DNA of 64,000 bases from the NCBI GenBank assembly GCA_963816145.1, contig CAWFJP010000031.1, positions 384,001 to 448,000 on the forward strand. Direction: 5' to 3'. The notes beneath the pieces were generated by a model, which was given only the letters and a program-made list of their open reading frames with translations, made no database searches and had not been told where the DNA came from. Both the position numbers and the translations under genes were made by a program. The DNA is from an uncultured delta proteobacterium (GTDB lineage: Bacteria; Desulfobacterota; Binatia; UBA9968). Within the stretch, counting starts at the first letter, position 1. Each line of letters starts with the position of its first letter. Below are positions 29,249 through 39,475 of this stretch, one piece after another.

Positions 29249-30280
29249 ATGGTCAAATCCACGAACCGCGCATGGATCGTTATCGCTTCGATTGTCGCGC
29301 TCTGCTCTCAGTTTCACCCGGCTGATGCCCAGGAAGTTTTTTATCGGAGCAAAACCATTCGGGTGATCGTCGGGTTGGCGCCGGGCGGTGGTTTCGATAC
29401 CTACTCGCGAGTCATCGCACGCCATATGGGAAAACATATCCCGGGCACGCCGACGATGGTGGTCGATAACATGCCCGGGGCGGCGAGCTTGCTGGCGGCA
29501 AACCATGTCTACAAGGTCGCCAAGCCGGATGGGTTGACGATCGGCAATTTCGTTGGCGGTTTGGTCTTTCAACAGATTCTCGGTTTACCCGGCGTGGCTT
29601 TCGACGGTCCCAAGTTCGAGTACCTGGGGGTGCCGGCGCAGGATAATTTCATTATCGGCATCGCCAAATCCACCGGCATTACCAGTGTCGAGCAGTGGAA
29701 AGCGTCAGGCACTATATTGAAGATCGGCGGGGTTGCGCCGGGCGGCGGCACCGATGATATTCCAAAAGTCTTGAAGGCGACTTTGGGATTGCCGCTACAA
29801 ATGGTGTCCGGCTACAAAGGCACGGGGCCGGTGCGGCTCGCCTTCAACGCCGGTGAAGTGCAGGGCATCAGCAATTCGCTGGAATCGTTTCGTTCGACTT
29901 GGCGTGCCGAGCTCGAAAAAGGCGAAGTGATCTATCTGGTCCAAGCCAATCTCAGGCCCCATCCGGAGATTCCCAACGTGCCTTGGGCCGCCGATCTGAC
30001 GAAAAACGAAGAGGCACGCAAGATGATTCTCACAGCGGCCCGCGTCAACGGCGTGCTGAATCGTTTTTACGTGCTGCCGCCGGGCACCCCCAAGGAGCGA
30101 GTGTTGTTACTGCGTAAAGCCTTCATGGACACGATGACAGATCCGGAGTTTCTTGCCGACGCGCAGAAAGCTAAACTCGATCTCGACCCCATCGACGGTG
30201 AGGAGATTCAAAGGCAGGTGCGCGAGCTCTTCAATCTCGACCCGCCGTTGGTGGCAAAGATGCGAGAGATACTGAAATAG
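29249..30280 (+). CDS. Tripartite tricarboxylate transporter substrate-binding protein (Bug/TctC family)
   Basis: IRVIVG.APGGGFDTYSR, NMPGA, AKPDGLTI, GYKG, PPGTPKERV. Confidence 0.9.
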   Translation: MVKSTNRAWIVIASIVALCSQFHPADAQEVFYRSKTIRVIVGLAPGGGFDTYSRVIARHMGKHIPGTPTMVVDNMPGAASLLAANHVYKVAKPDGLTIGNFVGGLVFQQILGLPGVAFDGPKFEYLGVPAQDNFIIGIAKSTGITSVEQWKASGTILKIGGVAPGGGTDDIPKVLKATLGLPLQMVSGYKGTGPVRLAFNAGEVQGISNSLESFRSTWRAELEKGEVIYLVQANLRPHPEIPNVPWAADLTKNEEARKMILTAARVNGVLNRFYVLPPGTPKERVLLLRKAFMDTMTDPEFLADAQKAKLDLDPIDGEEIQRQVRELFNLDPPLVAKMREILK

Positions 30281-30341
30281 ATTTTTCACTTCCGCGCAGC
30301 CCAGTTAGGCAATCGCGGCAATCGGCTGCGTGGGCCGGCCA

Positions 30342-30722
30342 TTACCGTATCTGAAATAGTTCCTTCCAGATCTTTTCATACTTGGGGAACTCTTTGACGT
30401 CATCTTGGCCGAGCATGTAGGCATTCGCCGGCCGGACCTTGTCCACGGGCTCGACGTTGGGATGGGCCGGAGTCTCGCCGGCGCGGGCGAAAACGCGCTG
30501 GCCTTCCTCGCTGGTAACCCACCGAGCCCAAAGCAGCGCCGTGTTTGGATGGGGTGCGCCTTTCAGAACGCCAACGCTGCCGCCGATCTCACCGACGCCT
30601 TCGGTCAACAGCGGGACGATCGGAGCGCTGGCAGCGCGGGCTGTCGGCAATGAACTGACGCTCAAAATCCCGAATAGTACTAGGGCAGTGCTTGGAATAA
30701 ACATCATTGTCCGAGTCGTCAT
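30342..30722 (-). pseudogene. Internally deleted Fe3+/polyamine-type SBP: signal peptide fused in frame to the C-terminal third
   Basis: After signal peptide ..PTARA the sequence jumps to APIVPL..LKGAPHPNTALLWARWVTSEEGQ, which aligns with APLEHV..PKNAEHPNAAKLFTTFMMTKEAQ near the C-terminus of 59840-60919. Confidence 0.7.
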
Positions 30723-30893
30723 ACTCGTCTGTGGTCCTGATGGTTTCTAATGGAATCACAACGCCTGGAGCGATTTGACGCGTCGCATAGGCAGATGTTG
30801 CTGCGGCGTCAAGTGCCTCGCGCTCTTGTTGCGCCGGCGCGCTTTTGTTATGAGACGAACAAATCGAATGTTTACGTCATGGGAGTGTATTAG

Positions 30894-31919
30894 ATGATTT
30901 CGCGAACTCGATTCAATCTTCTTTTCATCGCTCTGGCCGCCTTGCTGCTGTCACGGTCGGTTCACGCCGCCGCGCCATACTATGAGGGCAAGTCGATTCG
31001 AATCATTGTCGGCACCGCGCCGGGCGGCGGCTACGATACTTACACGCGACTCTTAGCGCGCCACTTTAGCAAACATATCCCGGGAGCCCCGGCGGTCATC
31101 GTCGATAATATGCCCGGCGCGGGCGGTTTGCTGTCGGCCAATTATATGTATCGCGTCGCCAAACCCGACGGCCTGACCATCGGCCATTTTGTCGGCGGGC
31201 AGTTCTTGCAGCAACTGCTCGGCCGTCCGGGAATCGAGTTCGATGCCCGGCGCTTCGAATATATTGGCGTGCCGGCGCAGGATGATTTCGTGCTGACAGT
31301 GGCCAAGGCGAGCGGCGTCGGTAGCATGGATCAATGGATGAATTCTAAGACGTCAATAAAGTTCGGCGCCATCGCGCCAGGGGACGGTACCTACGATACT
31401 CCCAAAGTCATTGAAGCGACGCTCGGTGTACCGATTCAGATCGTTACGGGTTACAAAGGGACGGCGCCGATTCGTTTGGCATTTAACAGCGGCGAGGTCG
31501 CCGGGCTGAGCAACTCATGGCAGTCGCTGAAGTCGACCTGGAGCAAGGAGTTGGAAAGCGGTGAAGCGATCATGCTGGCGCAGATGTCGACTAAACCCCA
31601 CGCCGATTTGGCCAAACTGCCGCTGGCAATGAACCTTGCCAAGAACGAAGAAAGCCGCAAGCTGATTGTCGCCGTGGCGCAAAGTCATGGCGCGGCGGTG
31701 CGGCCGTATCTGCTGCCGCCGGAGACGCCGAAGAATCTCGTCGAGATCTTGCGCAAGAGTTTTCTCGAAGCGATCCGCGATCCGGAGTTGCTCGCCGAGG
31801 CAAAGAAGGCCCGATTGGAAATCAACCCCGGTTCTGGAGAAGAATTGGAGCGAAATGTGAAAGATCTATTGTTGTTGGACAAGCCTCTGGTCGAGCGGTT
31901 GAAGGATATTCTAAAATAG
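30894..31919 (+). CDS. Tripartite tricarboxylate transporter substrate-binding protein (Bug/TctC family)
   Basis: IRIIVGTAPGGGYDTYTR, NMPGAGG, AKPDGLTI; paralogue of 29249-30280. Confidence 0.9.
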   Translation: MISRTRFNLLFIALAALLLSRSVHAAAPYYEGKSIRIIVGTAPGGGYDTYTRLLARHFSKHIPGAPAVIVDNMPGAGGLLSANYMYRVAKPDGLTIGHFVGGQFLQQLLGRPGIEFDARRFEYIGVPAQDDFVLTVAKASGVGSMDQWMNSKTSIKFGAIAPGDGTYDTPKVIEATLGVPIQIVTGYKGTAPIRLAFNSGEVAGLSNSWQSLKSTWSKELESGEAIMLAQMSTKPHADLAKLPLAMNLAKNEESRKLIVAVAQSHGAAVRPYLLPPETPKNLVEILRKSFLEAIRDPELLAEAKKARLEINPGSGEELERNVKDLLLLDKPLVERLKDILK

Positions 31920-31924
31920 CGTCA

Positions 31925-32377
31925 ATGGAACTTCGTGCACGGATAAGTTGTGTCGTCGCTCTCGGACTTCTCCTAGACGTCACCAGTTCGGCATTCTGCC
32001 GCGAGGCGGACACCGGCGCCGCCCCTGCGCCGGTTGAAGAGGTCGGGAAACCCGCCGAGCCGCTGGCGATTAAGCAATCCGGCTTGGCGGCTTTCTACCA
32101 CGCGACCTTTCAGGGACGCCGCACCGCTAGCGGCGAATCCTTCGATCACAACGAACTCACCGCGGCGCATAAAACTCTGCCGTTCGGCACCCTGGTGAGG
32201 GTTATCAATTTGCGTAACAATCAAAGCATAATCGTGCGCGTCAATGATCGCGGGCCGATGCAGCCCGACCGGATCATCGATGTCACGCGCCGTGCCGCCG
32301 GCCTTCTCGGTTTCCTCCAACAAGGCATGACTCGAGTCGCTCTAGAAATTATTCCGTTCGATGCGGCGGGTAAATAG
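31925..32377 (+). CDS. rlpA: RlpA-family septal ring lytic transglycosylase (DPBB domain)
   Basis: GRRTASGE, LTAAHKTLPFGT, VRVNDRGP and RIIDV...AA. Confidence 0.88.
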   Translation: MELRARISCVVALGLLLDVTSSAFCREADTGAAPAPVEEVGKPAEPLAIKQSGLAAFYHATFQGRRTASGESFDHNELTAAHKTLPFGTLVRVINLRNNQSIIVRVNDRGPMQPDRIIDVTRRAAGLLGFLQQGMTRVALEIIPFDAAGK

Positions 32378-32415
32378 TTTGCGTTTATTCGCCGACGCTC
32401 CTGCCGATCGTGCGG

Positions 32416-33429
32416 CTACCTGAACGCCGGCATTACTTCCTTGGCGAACAATCGCATGGATTTTAAGATTTCTTGATGCGGAATGCCGCCGTAGTTGAAG
32501 GTCGTCGTCAGCGTATCGAAGTAATAGTTCTTGGCGGCATTCCGAATGCCCTGGATCACCTCGCCGGGGTCGCCGTAATTATTTCTCCCGGTAGCCAACA
32601 TCATGTCCCAATCGTAGTCCGCCGGCGCGGCGGTTAACGAACGCCGACCGATGCGCGAAATCGCGTCGTAGCGTTGCACCGCTGCCATGCCGATCTCTCT
32701 GCCGCGTGCCGCGCTCGCGTTGACATGGGTGCGCACGTGAAATTGGCAATGGCGATTACTGGGATCGATGCCGGCTTCGATCAATCCTTGCTTCCACGCC
32801 TCGACACCGGGGCGCACGCGCTCCGGCGCATGGGGGTGGCCGACTGTCATGATGTGGTAACCTTGGCGGCCGGCCCAGCCGAGTCCCTGGGCTGAGGTTC
32901 CCGCGACCCAGATCGGCGGGTGCGGTTGCTGCACCGGCCGCGGATACAGCGTCAGTTCTTCGAATTGCCAAAATTTGCCCTGATGGCTGGAACGTTCATT
33001 GGACCAAACTTTCAAGATGACGTCGAGCGCCTCCGCGGCGCGCTCGCGATCATTTTCCCTAGTCACGCCGAAGACTCGGTAGTCCATCTCGGTGTTGCCC
33101 GAGCCGATGCCGAATTCCAACCGTCCGCCGGAAATCGCGTCGACCATGGCGTAATCCTCGGCGGTGTGGAGCGGATGGCGCAACGGCAAAATAGCGATGC
33201 AGGGGCCGAGCCGCATTTTCTTGGTGCGCGCCGCCGCGGTGGCGAGTAGCACTGCGGGGTTCGCCACTAGGCCGCCGTAGCCGAGGAAGTGATGTTCATT
33301 GAACATGAAACATTCCCAGCCGAGTTCCTCGGCGAGTTCGATCTGCTCGAGAATCTGCTGGTAGTAAACATCGTAGGGCGGATCAAGGTCCGGGAAGTAG
33401 GTCGTCAGAATGTTGATGTAAAAGTGCAC
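32416..33429 (-). CDS. LLM-class flavin-dependent oxidoreductase
   Basis: NEHHF, HPLHTAEDYAMVDAISGGRLEFGIG, PVQQPHPPIWVA; GTG start with AGGAG SD. Confidence 0.93.
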   Translation of the reverse strand: MHFYINILTTYFPDLDPPYDVYYQQILEQIELAEELGWECFMFNEHHFLGYGGLVANPAVLLATAAARTKKMRLGPCIAILPLRHPLHTAEDYAMVDAISGGRLEFGIGSGNTEMDYRVFGVTRENDRERAAEALDVILKVWSNERSSHQGKFWQFEELTLYPRPVQQPHPPIWVAGTSAQGLGWAGRQGYHIMTVGHPHAPERVRPGVEAWKQGLIEAGIDPSNRHCQFHVRTHVNASAARGREIGMAAVQRYDAISRIGRRSLTAAPADYDWDMMLATGRNNYGDPGEVIQGIRNAAKNYYFDTLTTTFNYGGIPHQEILKSMRLFAKEVMPAFR

Positions 33430-33498
33430 GGCGTTCTCCTGTTTGTGCTTACGGCTGTAGCACAATCGACTGGAAGGGGTAAAGCGCGATTAAGATTT

Positions 33499-33575
33499 TC
33501 ACCACGAAGGCACGAAGAGCACGAAGTTCGGAAGTATTTGTTCTTACCTTCGTGTCCTTCGTGTCTTCGTGGTGA
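33499..33575. repeat. CACCACGAAG nonamer-periodic hairpin element, copy 1
   Basis: TCACCACGAAGGCACGAAGAGCACGAAG ... CTTCGTGTCCTTCGTGTCTTCGTGGTGA (inverted arms). Confidence 0.9.
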
Positions 33576-33599
33576 CAGCGGATTTTCTTTTCAAGCGCG

Positions 33600-34574
33600 T
33601 CACCGGGTCACAGCCAGATCGCGGCGGGCTCTTTCGACAAAACTATAATCAACCACTTGGGAAAGCGTGAAAGGCTGGGTGACTTTGGAATCTTCGCGCA
33701 CCAGGTCGATCATCAGCTGCATGCCTTCGGCTTTCGCCATCAGGTCGCGGGCCATGCCGCGGTTAAACTGCCGGAGCATTTCGGTGGCGATACGCCGGTC
33801 GGTGAGTTTCCACTGCTTCATGATGATGTTGATGACTTCATCGCGGTTGCGTGGTTCCAAAGCGAAATAGAGCGCGCGCAATGCGCCGCGCACCATACCG
33901 TAGACTTCGTCTGGATTTTCTTGAATTCGCTTCGTCGAAACACCGATGGCGTTCTGGGGAAAATTGACGATGTCGCCGACGAACAATAGCTCGTTGTAAC
34001 CGCGGTCGACGGCGAGAATATTTTCCGGCACGCCGAGCAGCGCCGCGTCGACCGCCGCCGAGTCCAGGGCGGCCAGGCGATTCTCGCGCAGCGGCACGAT
34101 GGTCACGTCGCGGCCGGCTTGAAAGCCCAGATGTTTGAGCGCGGTGTCGGCCATCAAAGTCGCAGTGCCGCCGGGCGTGCTGCCGCCAATCTTTTTGCCT
34201 TTAAGGTCCTGCGCCGTGCGGATCTCTTTGCGCGCGATGAGTGAAATCAAAGGCCGGTCGACGGCGACGGCGAGTATCCTCGCTGAATTGCCGCGCACGA
34301 TGGTCTGGATGACGCCATTGATCGCGGCGCTGTAGTCGATATCGCCGCGCACAAACGCGGCGTTGACCGCCTGGGTCGACATGAAAATGGTTTCCAGGTC
34401 GATGCCCTGGTCGCGGTAGTAACCTTTATGGTAGGCGAGATGAAACGGCAGAAAGCCGATGTTGTTGGACTGGATGCCGAGGCGGACTCTTTTCGCCGCC
34501 GGTTGGGCTGCCGAATCGCGCGGCGCGGCGAGACAGACAAAAATTAACAAGAGGTGAAAAACGACGCGGCTCAT
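33600..34574 (-). CDS. ABC transporter substrate-binding protein (NMT1/SsuA-like)
   Basis: Signal peptide, KGYYRDQGIDLE, DLKGKKIG. Confidence 0.88.
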   Translation of the reverse strand: MSRVVFHLLLIFVCLAAPRDSAAQPAAKRVRLGIQSNNIGFLPFHLAYHKGYYRDQGIDLETIFMSTQAVNAAFVRGDIDYSAAINGVIQTIVRGNSARILAVAVDRPLISLIARKEIRTAQDLKGKKIGGSTPGGTATLMADTALKHLGFQAGRDVTIVPLRENRLAALDSAAVDAALLGVPENILAVDRGYNELLFVGDIVNFPQNAIGVSTKRIQENPDEVYGMVRGALRALYFALEPRNRDEVINIIMKQWKLTDRRIATEMLRQFNRGMARDLMAKAEGMQLMIDLVREDSKVTQPFTLSQVVDYSFVERARRDLAVTR

Positions 34575-34602
34575 CGTTTCCCCTTTCGTTGTGCAGTCGT
34601 TG

Positions 34603-35703
34603 TCACAGCGCGTAAAGCGCGCGGGAGTTGTCGCTCAAAATTTTCTGCTTGACCGCCGGCGATAAATCGTTCCGCTCGCGAAAGATCCTGATCGCGTCGA
34701 CATCGCTCGAGATGTCGGTGTGGCCGTAGTCGGTGCCGATGACCAGATTGTCCTCGCCGGCTTCGCGCACCACATACGGGATGTCGTCGGAATTTTCGCA
34801 GGTGACGAACATGCCGTACTCTTTGAGCAAGTTTCTCGGCCATGGGCGGCCAAGGGTTTTGAAGCGGTTCTTCGCTTCGTGCATGACCCAGGGCACCCAC
34901 TGGGCGCTGGCTTCGATGAAGCCGAAGCGCAGTTTGGGAAACTGCTCGTGTATGTCGCTCAGCAAGATATCGTTGAAGGATGCCACTGTCGGTACGCGGA
35001 AACGGTGAAACGTCGAAGCGATGCGCGTCGGATGGTTGTACAGGTCGCTCAACCAGGCATTGCCATTGGCGATATGAATCGCGATCGCCAGGTCGAGCTG
35101 CTGCGCTTGGTCGTAGATCGGATAAAAGTACGGATCGGCGAGCAAACGATTGCCTTCCACCGGCCGTAGACAGACGGCCACTGCGCCGTTCTCTTTGGAC
35201 CAGCGGATTTGATCCAGCGCATCGGGCATGTTGAGCAACGGAGGCATGCAGGACCAGCGCAGGCGGTTGTCGCTCTGTTTCCAAATGTCGCCGAGCCAGC
35301 GATTCCAGCTCTTGCACAGCGCGACGTCGACCGCGGGCCGCTCGGCGCAGGATTCGATAAACATCGTGTTGTGCAGCACTTGGACATCGACGCCGGTTTT
35401 GTCCATGTATTCCAAGCGCAGATTGACGTTGCCCAACTCGCGGGATTCCTGTTGGTCGGCGAACTTGCGGCCGACTTGTTGCTGGCGTTTGGCCAATTCC
35501 TCATCGGAGAAAGCCGGGAAGCGGAAACCGCGCACCTTGCCGTCGATCACCCAGAACTGTTGGCGCACACCGGCTTCTTCGCGGGTCTCAAGCGGCACCG
35601 GCCGATGTTGTCGCTCCGACTTTTCCATGAAATCCCAAGTGCGCGCGCACTCGACGACGTGAGCGTCGGCATCGATCACCGGATACTTATTCGGGCTATC
35701 CAT
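34603..35703 (-). CDS. Amidohydrolase family 2 protein (ACMSD-like decarboxylase/hydratase)
   Basis: IDADAHVVE, FYPIY....LDL.IAIH, FPKLRFGFIEA...W, GTDYGH.D; SD GGAGG. Confidence 0.88.
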   Translation of the reverse strand: MDSPNKYPVIDADAHVVECARTWDFMEKSERQHRPVPLETREEAGVRQQFWVIDGKVRGFRFPAFSDEELAKRQQQVGRKFADQQESRELGNVNLRLEYMDKTGVDVQVLHNTMFIESCAERPAVDVALCKSWNRWLGDIWKQSDNRLRWSCMPPLLNMPDALDQIRWSKENGAVAVCLRPVEGNRLLADPYFYPIYDQAQQLDLAIAIHIANGNAWLSDLYNHPTRIASTFHRFRVPTVASFNDILLSDIHEQFPKLRFGFIEASAQWVPWVMHEAKNRFKTLGRPWPRNLLKEYGMFVTCENSDDIPYVVREAGEDNLVIGTDYGHTDISSDVDAIRIFRERNDLSPAVKQKILSDNSRALYAL

Positions 35704-35858
35704 GTTGGCCTCCGAGAGGAACTCGATGGCCTCACCCTAATGGACGGAACGAGTAGCTGTCAATCGCCGTGACTGTTGGGTGAGGCCGCGCTCTTGCGCT
35801 CGCTGCCAGCGGGCTATTGATTTGCTTCTGCCTATGAAATTAATGGCACAAATTCGCA

Positions 35859-35931
35859 TTCACCACGAAGGCACGAGGGACAACAAGATTTTGAAGATCA
35901 ACTTCGTGATCTTCGTGTCCTTCGTGGTGAA
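35859..35931. repeat. CACCACGAAG hairpin element, copy 2
   Basis: TTCACCACGAAGGCACGAGG ... CTTCGTGATCTTCGTGTCCTTCGTGGTGAA. Confidence 0.88.
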
Positions 35932-35965
35932 AGGTTCCTTCGCGATTACTAGCGGCCGTAAAAAT

Positions 35966-36781
35966 TCAAAAGTACATTCCGGCGTCGCCGCCTTGTCGAG
36001 ACACCGGGGAAAGAAAACCGAACAATGACCTCATCGCCCAGTTGGCCAGCGAGGCGAAAATGAATATGAACAACAGCAGCGCGTACATGTCCGCGATGCG
36101 GAACTGGCCATAGTACTCGACGATCATGAAGCCCAAGCCGGCTTTGGCGATCTTGGTTTCCGCCAGCAGCGCGCCGGTGACCGCAGCGCCGAGACCGATT
36201 CTAATACCGGTGAAGACTTGGCCGGCGATGGCCGGGAGGTAGACATTTTTGGCGATCTGCACCGGGCTGGCGCCGATGGTGCGCGCCACGTCTACGTAGA
36301 CTTTTTTCACCTCGCGCATGCCGGCGATGGTCAGCAGCGAAATCGGAAAGAACGCGGCAATGGCGCCGACCGCGAGTTTGGATTGAACGTCGATGCCGAG
36401 AAACAAAATAAACACCGGGAAGATCACGATCTTGGGCACCACGGCGGCGTAGAGAATCAGTGGCTCGACGATCTCCAACCAGCTGCGCTTGCTGCCCCAT
36501 AGGATGCCCAGCGGAATGCCGCTGAGGGCGGCGACGGCGATCGCTCCGCCCACTTCATAGAGGCTGGCCTTTAGATGTGGCAGCATGACCGGTGTGGTGA
36601 TGTAGATCCAGAGCGATTGGAGGATTTCCACGATCGACGGAAAGAGTTCGGGGAACAATAAGCCGCTGCGACCGATGAACTCCCAGATGCCGACCAGCCC
36701 GAGAAGCGTGAGCGCCTGAACGCCAAAGGCCGTGTGAATTGTCGCCGCGAGGGCCGAGCGGATGGGTTGTGCGTGGGCCAT
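35966..36781 (-). CDS. ABC transporter permease (SsuC/TauC-like)
   Basis: VPKIVIFP, EAA-like loop VDVARTIGAS, V.LPA, AE.....GLG. Confidence 0.92.
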   Translation of the reverse strand: MAHAQPIRSALAATIHTAFGVQALTLLGLVGIWEFIGRSGLLFPELFPSIVEILQSLWIYITTPVMLPHLKASLYEVGGAIAVAALSGIPLGILWGSKRSWLEIVEPLILYAAVVPKIVIFPVFILFLGIDVQSKLAVGAIAAFFPISLLTIAGMREVKKVYVDVARTIGASPVQIAKNVYLPAIAGQVFTGIRIGLGAAVTGALLAETKIAKAGLGFMIVEYYGQFRIADMYALLLFIFIFASLANWAMRSLFGFLSPVSRQGGDAGMYF

Positions 36782-36783
36782 GG

Positions 36784-37530
36784 TTACTTCCGGAACCAAC
36801 GTTCGCTGCGGTTGATCAAATACAGAAACAAAATCGATAGCGAGATGGTGCCGAACAGGCCGGCGTAGACTTCTTCGATTTCGAACTTGTACGACGCGTC
36901 GGACAGCCACATGCCGACGCCACCGACTTGGGCGACATATTCCAAGCCGAGAACCGATTTTAAAATGTACGTGAGCGCCAAACGAAAGCCGCTGAAGATC
37001 GTCGGCGCGACGGCAGGGATTAAGATGTGGCGGAAGAGCTGCTGGCGCGTGAGATTCATGCTGGCGCCGACTTGCAAAAGGATCGGGTTGACGTTCTGAA
37101 AGGCGCCTTTAGTGTTCATGATGATCGGGATTAAGCCAAAAATCGACGACAGCGCGATCACCGCCGCGCTGGTACGGCCAAAGGTGACGAGAAAGATCGG
37201 GTAAGCAAGTATGATCGGCGAGGAGAAGAGCGCGGCGAGCGGCATCTCGTAGCTGGTCCCGATGAGCTTGTAGCGCCAGAGCAAGAAGCCGGCAAGGACG
37301 CCGAAGATAGTGGAGATCACCAGACAGGCGGCGATCTCGACAAGCGTGATGCCGGTTAGCGAGAGCGCATTGCCATGCAACAGTTGTTGCCAGAGCACGA
37401 TCACCGCGCGCGTCGGCGCAGCGAGAAAGAACGTGCTAATCCAGCCGCCGCGCACCGCGGTTTCGACGATCAAGAGCGCGCCGAAGATGATGCCTAGCCG
37501 CCAGGCGGTGACTCGAGTGCTTTCAGACAT
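36784..37530 (-). CDS. ABC transporter permease (SsuC/TauC-like)
   Basis: Hydrophobic; LLQVGASMNLT..QLFRHILIPA, GFRLAL, GG.G. Confidence 0.9.
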   Translation of the reverse strand: MSESTRVTAWRLGIIFGALLIVETAVRGGWISTFFLAAPTRAVIVLWQQLLHGNALSLTGITLVEIAACLVISTIFGVLAGFLLWRYKLIGTSYEMPLAALFSSPIILAYPIFLVTFGRTSAAVIALSSIFGLIPIIMNTKGAFQNVNPILLQVGASMNLTRQQLFRHILIPAVAPTIFSGFRLALTYILKSVLGLEYVAQVGGVGMWLSDASYKFEIEEVYAGLFGTISLSILFLYLINRSERWFRK

Positions 37531-37546
37531 GAGCGGAACTCATAAA

Positions 37547-37630
37547 CTCACGACGAAGATCACGAAGGACACGAAGCTCTCGGAGGATTAAATCTCCGAA
37601 CTTCGTGCTCTTCGTGTCCTTCGTGGTGAG
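37547..37630. repeat. CACCACGAAG hairpin element, copy 3 (inside the ABC operon)
   Basis: CTCACGACGAAGATCACGAAGGACACGAAG ... CTTCGTGCTCTTCGTGTCCTTCGTGGTGAG. Confidence 0.9.
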
Positions 37631-37663
37631 CATGGGTATTACGTCCTTGGCTGCTTGTCGACA

Positions 37664-38668
37664 CTACGGCAAAAAGCTCAGGTCGACTAACGTGTTTAGC
37701 TCGGCTTGAGTAAGCGGCGCGTTGAGGAATTTATTCTTGATGCCGTCATCGATAATCGCTTGCAGGCCGCGGATCGGTTTCAAATTCATCGCCGCGCGAT
37801 TGTAGAAGTCCCAGGTGCCGAGCACGGCGGATTCCGGGAATTTTAATTCGGCGCGGCGAATCCAGATTTTCGCTGTATCCTCTTTGTTGGCGAACATATA
37901 GTCGAGGGCGCGCTGCTGGGCGCGGAAAAAGCCGCGCACGGCGTCGGGATTTTTGGCGGCGAAGTTGTTGTTGGTGAAATGGACTCGAGCCGTCTGGTCG
38001 CGCATCGACACGATCTCGTCGCCCTTGACGATGACGCGTAGCTCGCCTTTCTCGACGCGGTCCAACTGAAACGGCGCCACCGACCAGCCGGCGTCGGTTT
38101 GGCCGGTGCGCAGCGCGGTGTAAACTTCCGGGATGCCGCCCAACGAGACCGGTTCGGCGGGTTTCAATCCCTTCGCCTTGATCTGATCCGCGATTCCTAA
38201 TACTGCCATGTGGCTCGACGCGCCGGGACGGCTGTAAGCGACTTTTTTACCCGCGAGATCTTCGAGCTTACGCATCGGCGTGCTCGCCTGTACATACCAA
38301 AATGCGTCCATGCCGGTAATCTCAGCGCCAGCGATTTTGATCGGCGCCTTTTTGACGAATGCGCTGATAACGGCGAGCGTGCCGGTGCCGAGGCCGATCT
38401 GAGCGTCGCCGGAGACGACCGCTTGGACATTTTCACCGCCGCCGCGGGTGAATACGGCGTCGACGTCGATGTTGGCATCTCGGTAAAAGCCTTTTTCCTG
38501 GGCGATGTAGACCGGCAGGGCGACAGTGAACAGAATCCGATGGGGCACGACGACGATGATTTTCGTGCGCGCGGCCGCCGCCCAGGCGGAGGACGTGGCG
38601 GCGACGACGAAGAAAGCCACCCCCGCCGAGCCGAGGCACTTGCTGAACTGTGATAAATATTTGTTCAT
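37664..38668 (-). CDS. ABC transporter substrate-binding protein (NMT1/SsuA-like)
   Basis: Signal peptide, EKGFYRDANIDV, DLAGKKVAYSRPG; in an operon with an ATPase and two permeases. Confidence 0.9.
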   Translation of the reverse strand: MNKYLSQFSKCLGSAGVAFFVVAATSSAWAAAARTKIIVVVPHRILFTVALPVYIAQEKGFYRDANIDVDAVFTRGGGENVQAVVSGDAQIGLGTGTLAVISAFVKKAPIKIAGAEITGMDAFWYVQASTPMRKLEDLAGKKVAYSRPGASSHMAVLGIADQIKAKGLKPAEPVSLGGIPEVYTALRTGQTDAGWSVAPFQLDRVEKGELRVIVKGDEIVSMRDQTARVHFTNNNFAAKNPDAVRGFFRAQQRALDYMFANKEDTAKIWIRRAELKFPESAVLGTWDFYNRAAMNLKPIRGLQAIIDDGIKNKFLNAPLTQAELNTLVDLSFLP

Positions 38669-38680
38669 GGCTGATTCTCC

Positions 38681-39475
38681 TTAAATGTTTTGTTGTTTAA
38701 AACTCTTGATCGATTCTTCTCTTAGCGCGTTCCAGACCTGCGCGACCAATTTACCGAAGCGGTCCGAAGCGATGATCGATGAGTCGCGCGGCTGCGGCAG
38801 GTCGATAGCGACGATTTCTTTGACGCGCCCCGGACGCGCGGTCATGACCATGACGCGGTCGGATAGCTGCACTGACTCGTTGATGTTGTGGGTGACCAAA
38901 ATGATGGTTTGCTTCAACTGATCGCGAATGCGCATCAACTCTTCGCCGAGAATGATGCGCGTCTGCTCGTCGAGGGCGCCGAACGGCTCGTCCATCAGCA
39001 AAATCTTGGGTTCCAAAACCAGAGCGCGGGCGATGGCGACGCGCTGCTTCATGCCACCGGAAAGTTCCGACGGATAACGATTCTCGAATCCCGACAAGCC
39101 GACCAGGCCGATCATTTTCTTGGCCTTCTTGCGCCGTTCATCCTGTGCCACGCCGCGCATCTCCAGACCGAACTCGACGTTGCCCAAGGTCGTGCGCCAG
39201 GGAAATGTCGACTCTTCCTGGAACACCATGCCGACCCAGGGATGGGGCCCGGTGACTCTTTCGGTTCCGACAATCAATTCTCCCGAGGTGGCCGGAATCA
39301 AACCGCCGATGATTCTCAGCAGTGTCGATTTGCCGCACCCCGAAGGCCCGATGATCGAAAAGAACTCGCCGGCTTGAACGTCAAGAGAAACATTGTCCAC
39401 CGCCGGCACCAACGCCGCGCCGTTGTCAGGATCGCCGAAGACTTTGTTGACATTGCGCAGCGTTAAGATGGACAT
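38681..39475 (-). CDS. ABC transporter ATP-binding protein (SsuB/TauB-like)
   Basis: GPSGCGKST, LSGGMKQR, LLMDEPFGALD, VTH. Confidence 0.96.
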   Translation of the reverse strand: MSILTLRNVNKVFGDPDNGAALVPAVDNVSLDVQAGEFFSIIGPSGCGKSTLLRIIGGLIPATSGELIVGTERVTGPHPWVGMVFQEESTFPWRTTLGNVEFGLEMRGVAQDERRKKAKKMIGLVGLSGFENRYPSELSGGMKQRVAIARALVLEPKILLMDEPFGALDEQTRIILGEELMRIRDQLKQTIILVTHNINESVQLSDRVMVMTARPGRVKEIVAIDLPQPRDSSIIASDRFGKLVAQVWNALREESIKSFKQQNI

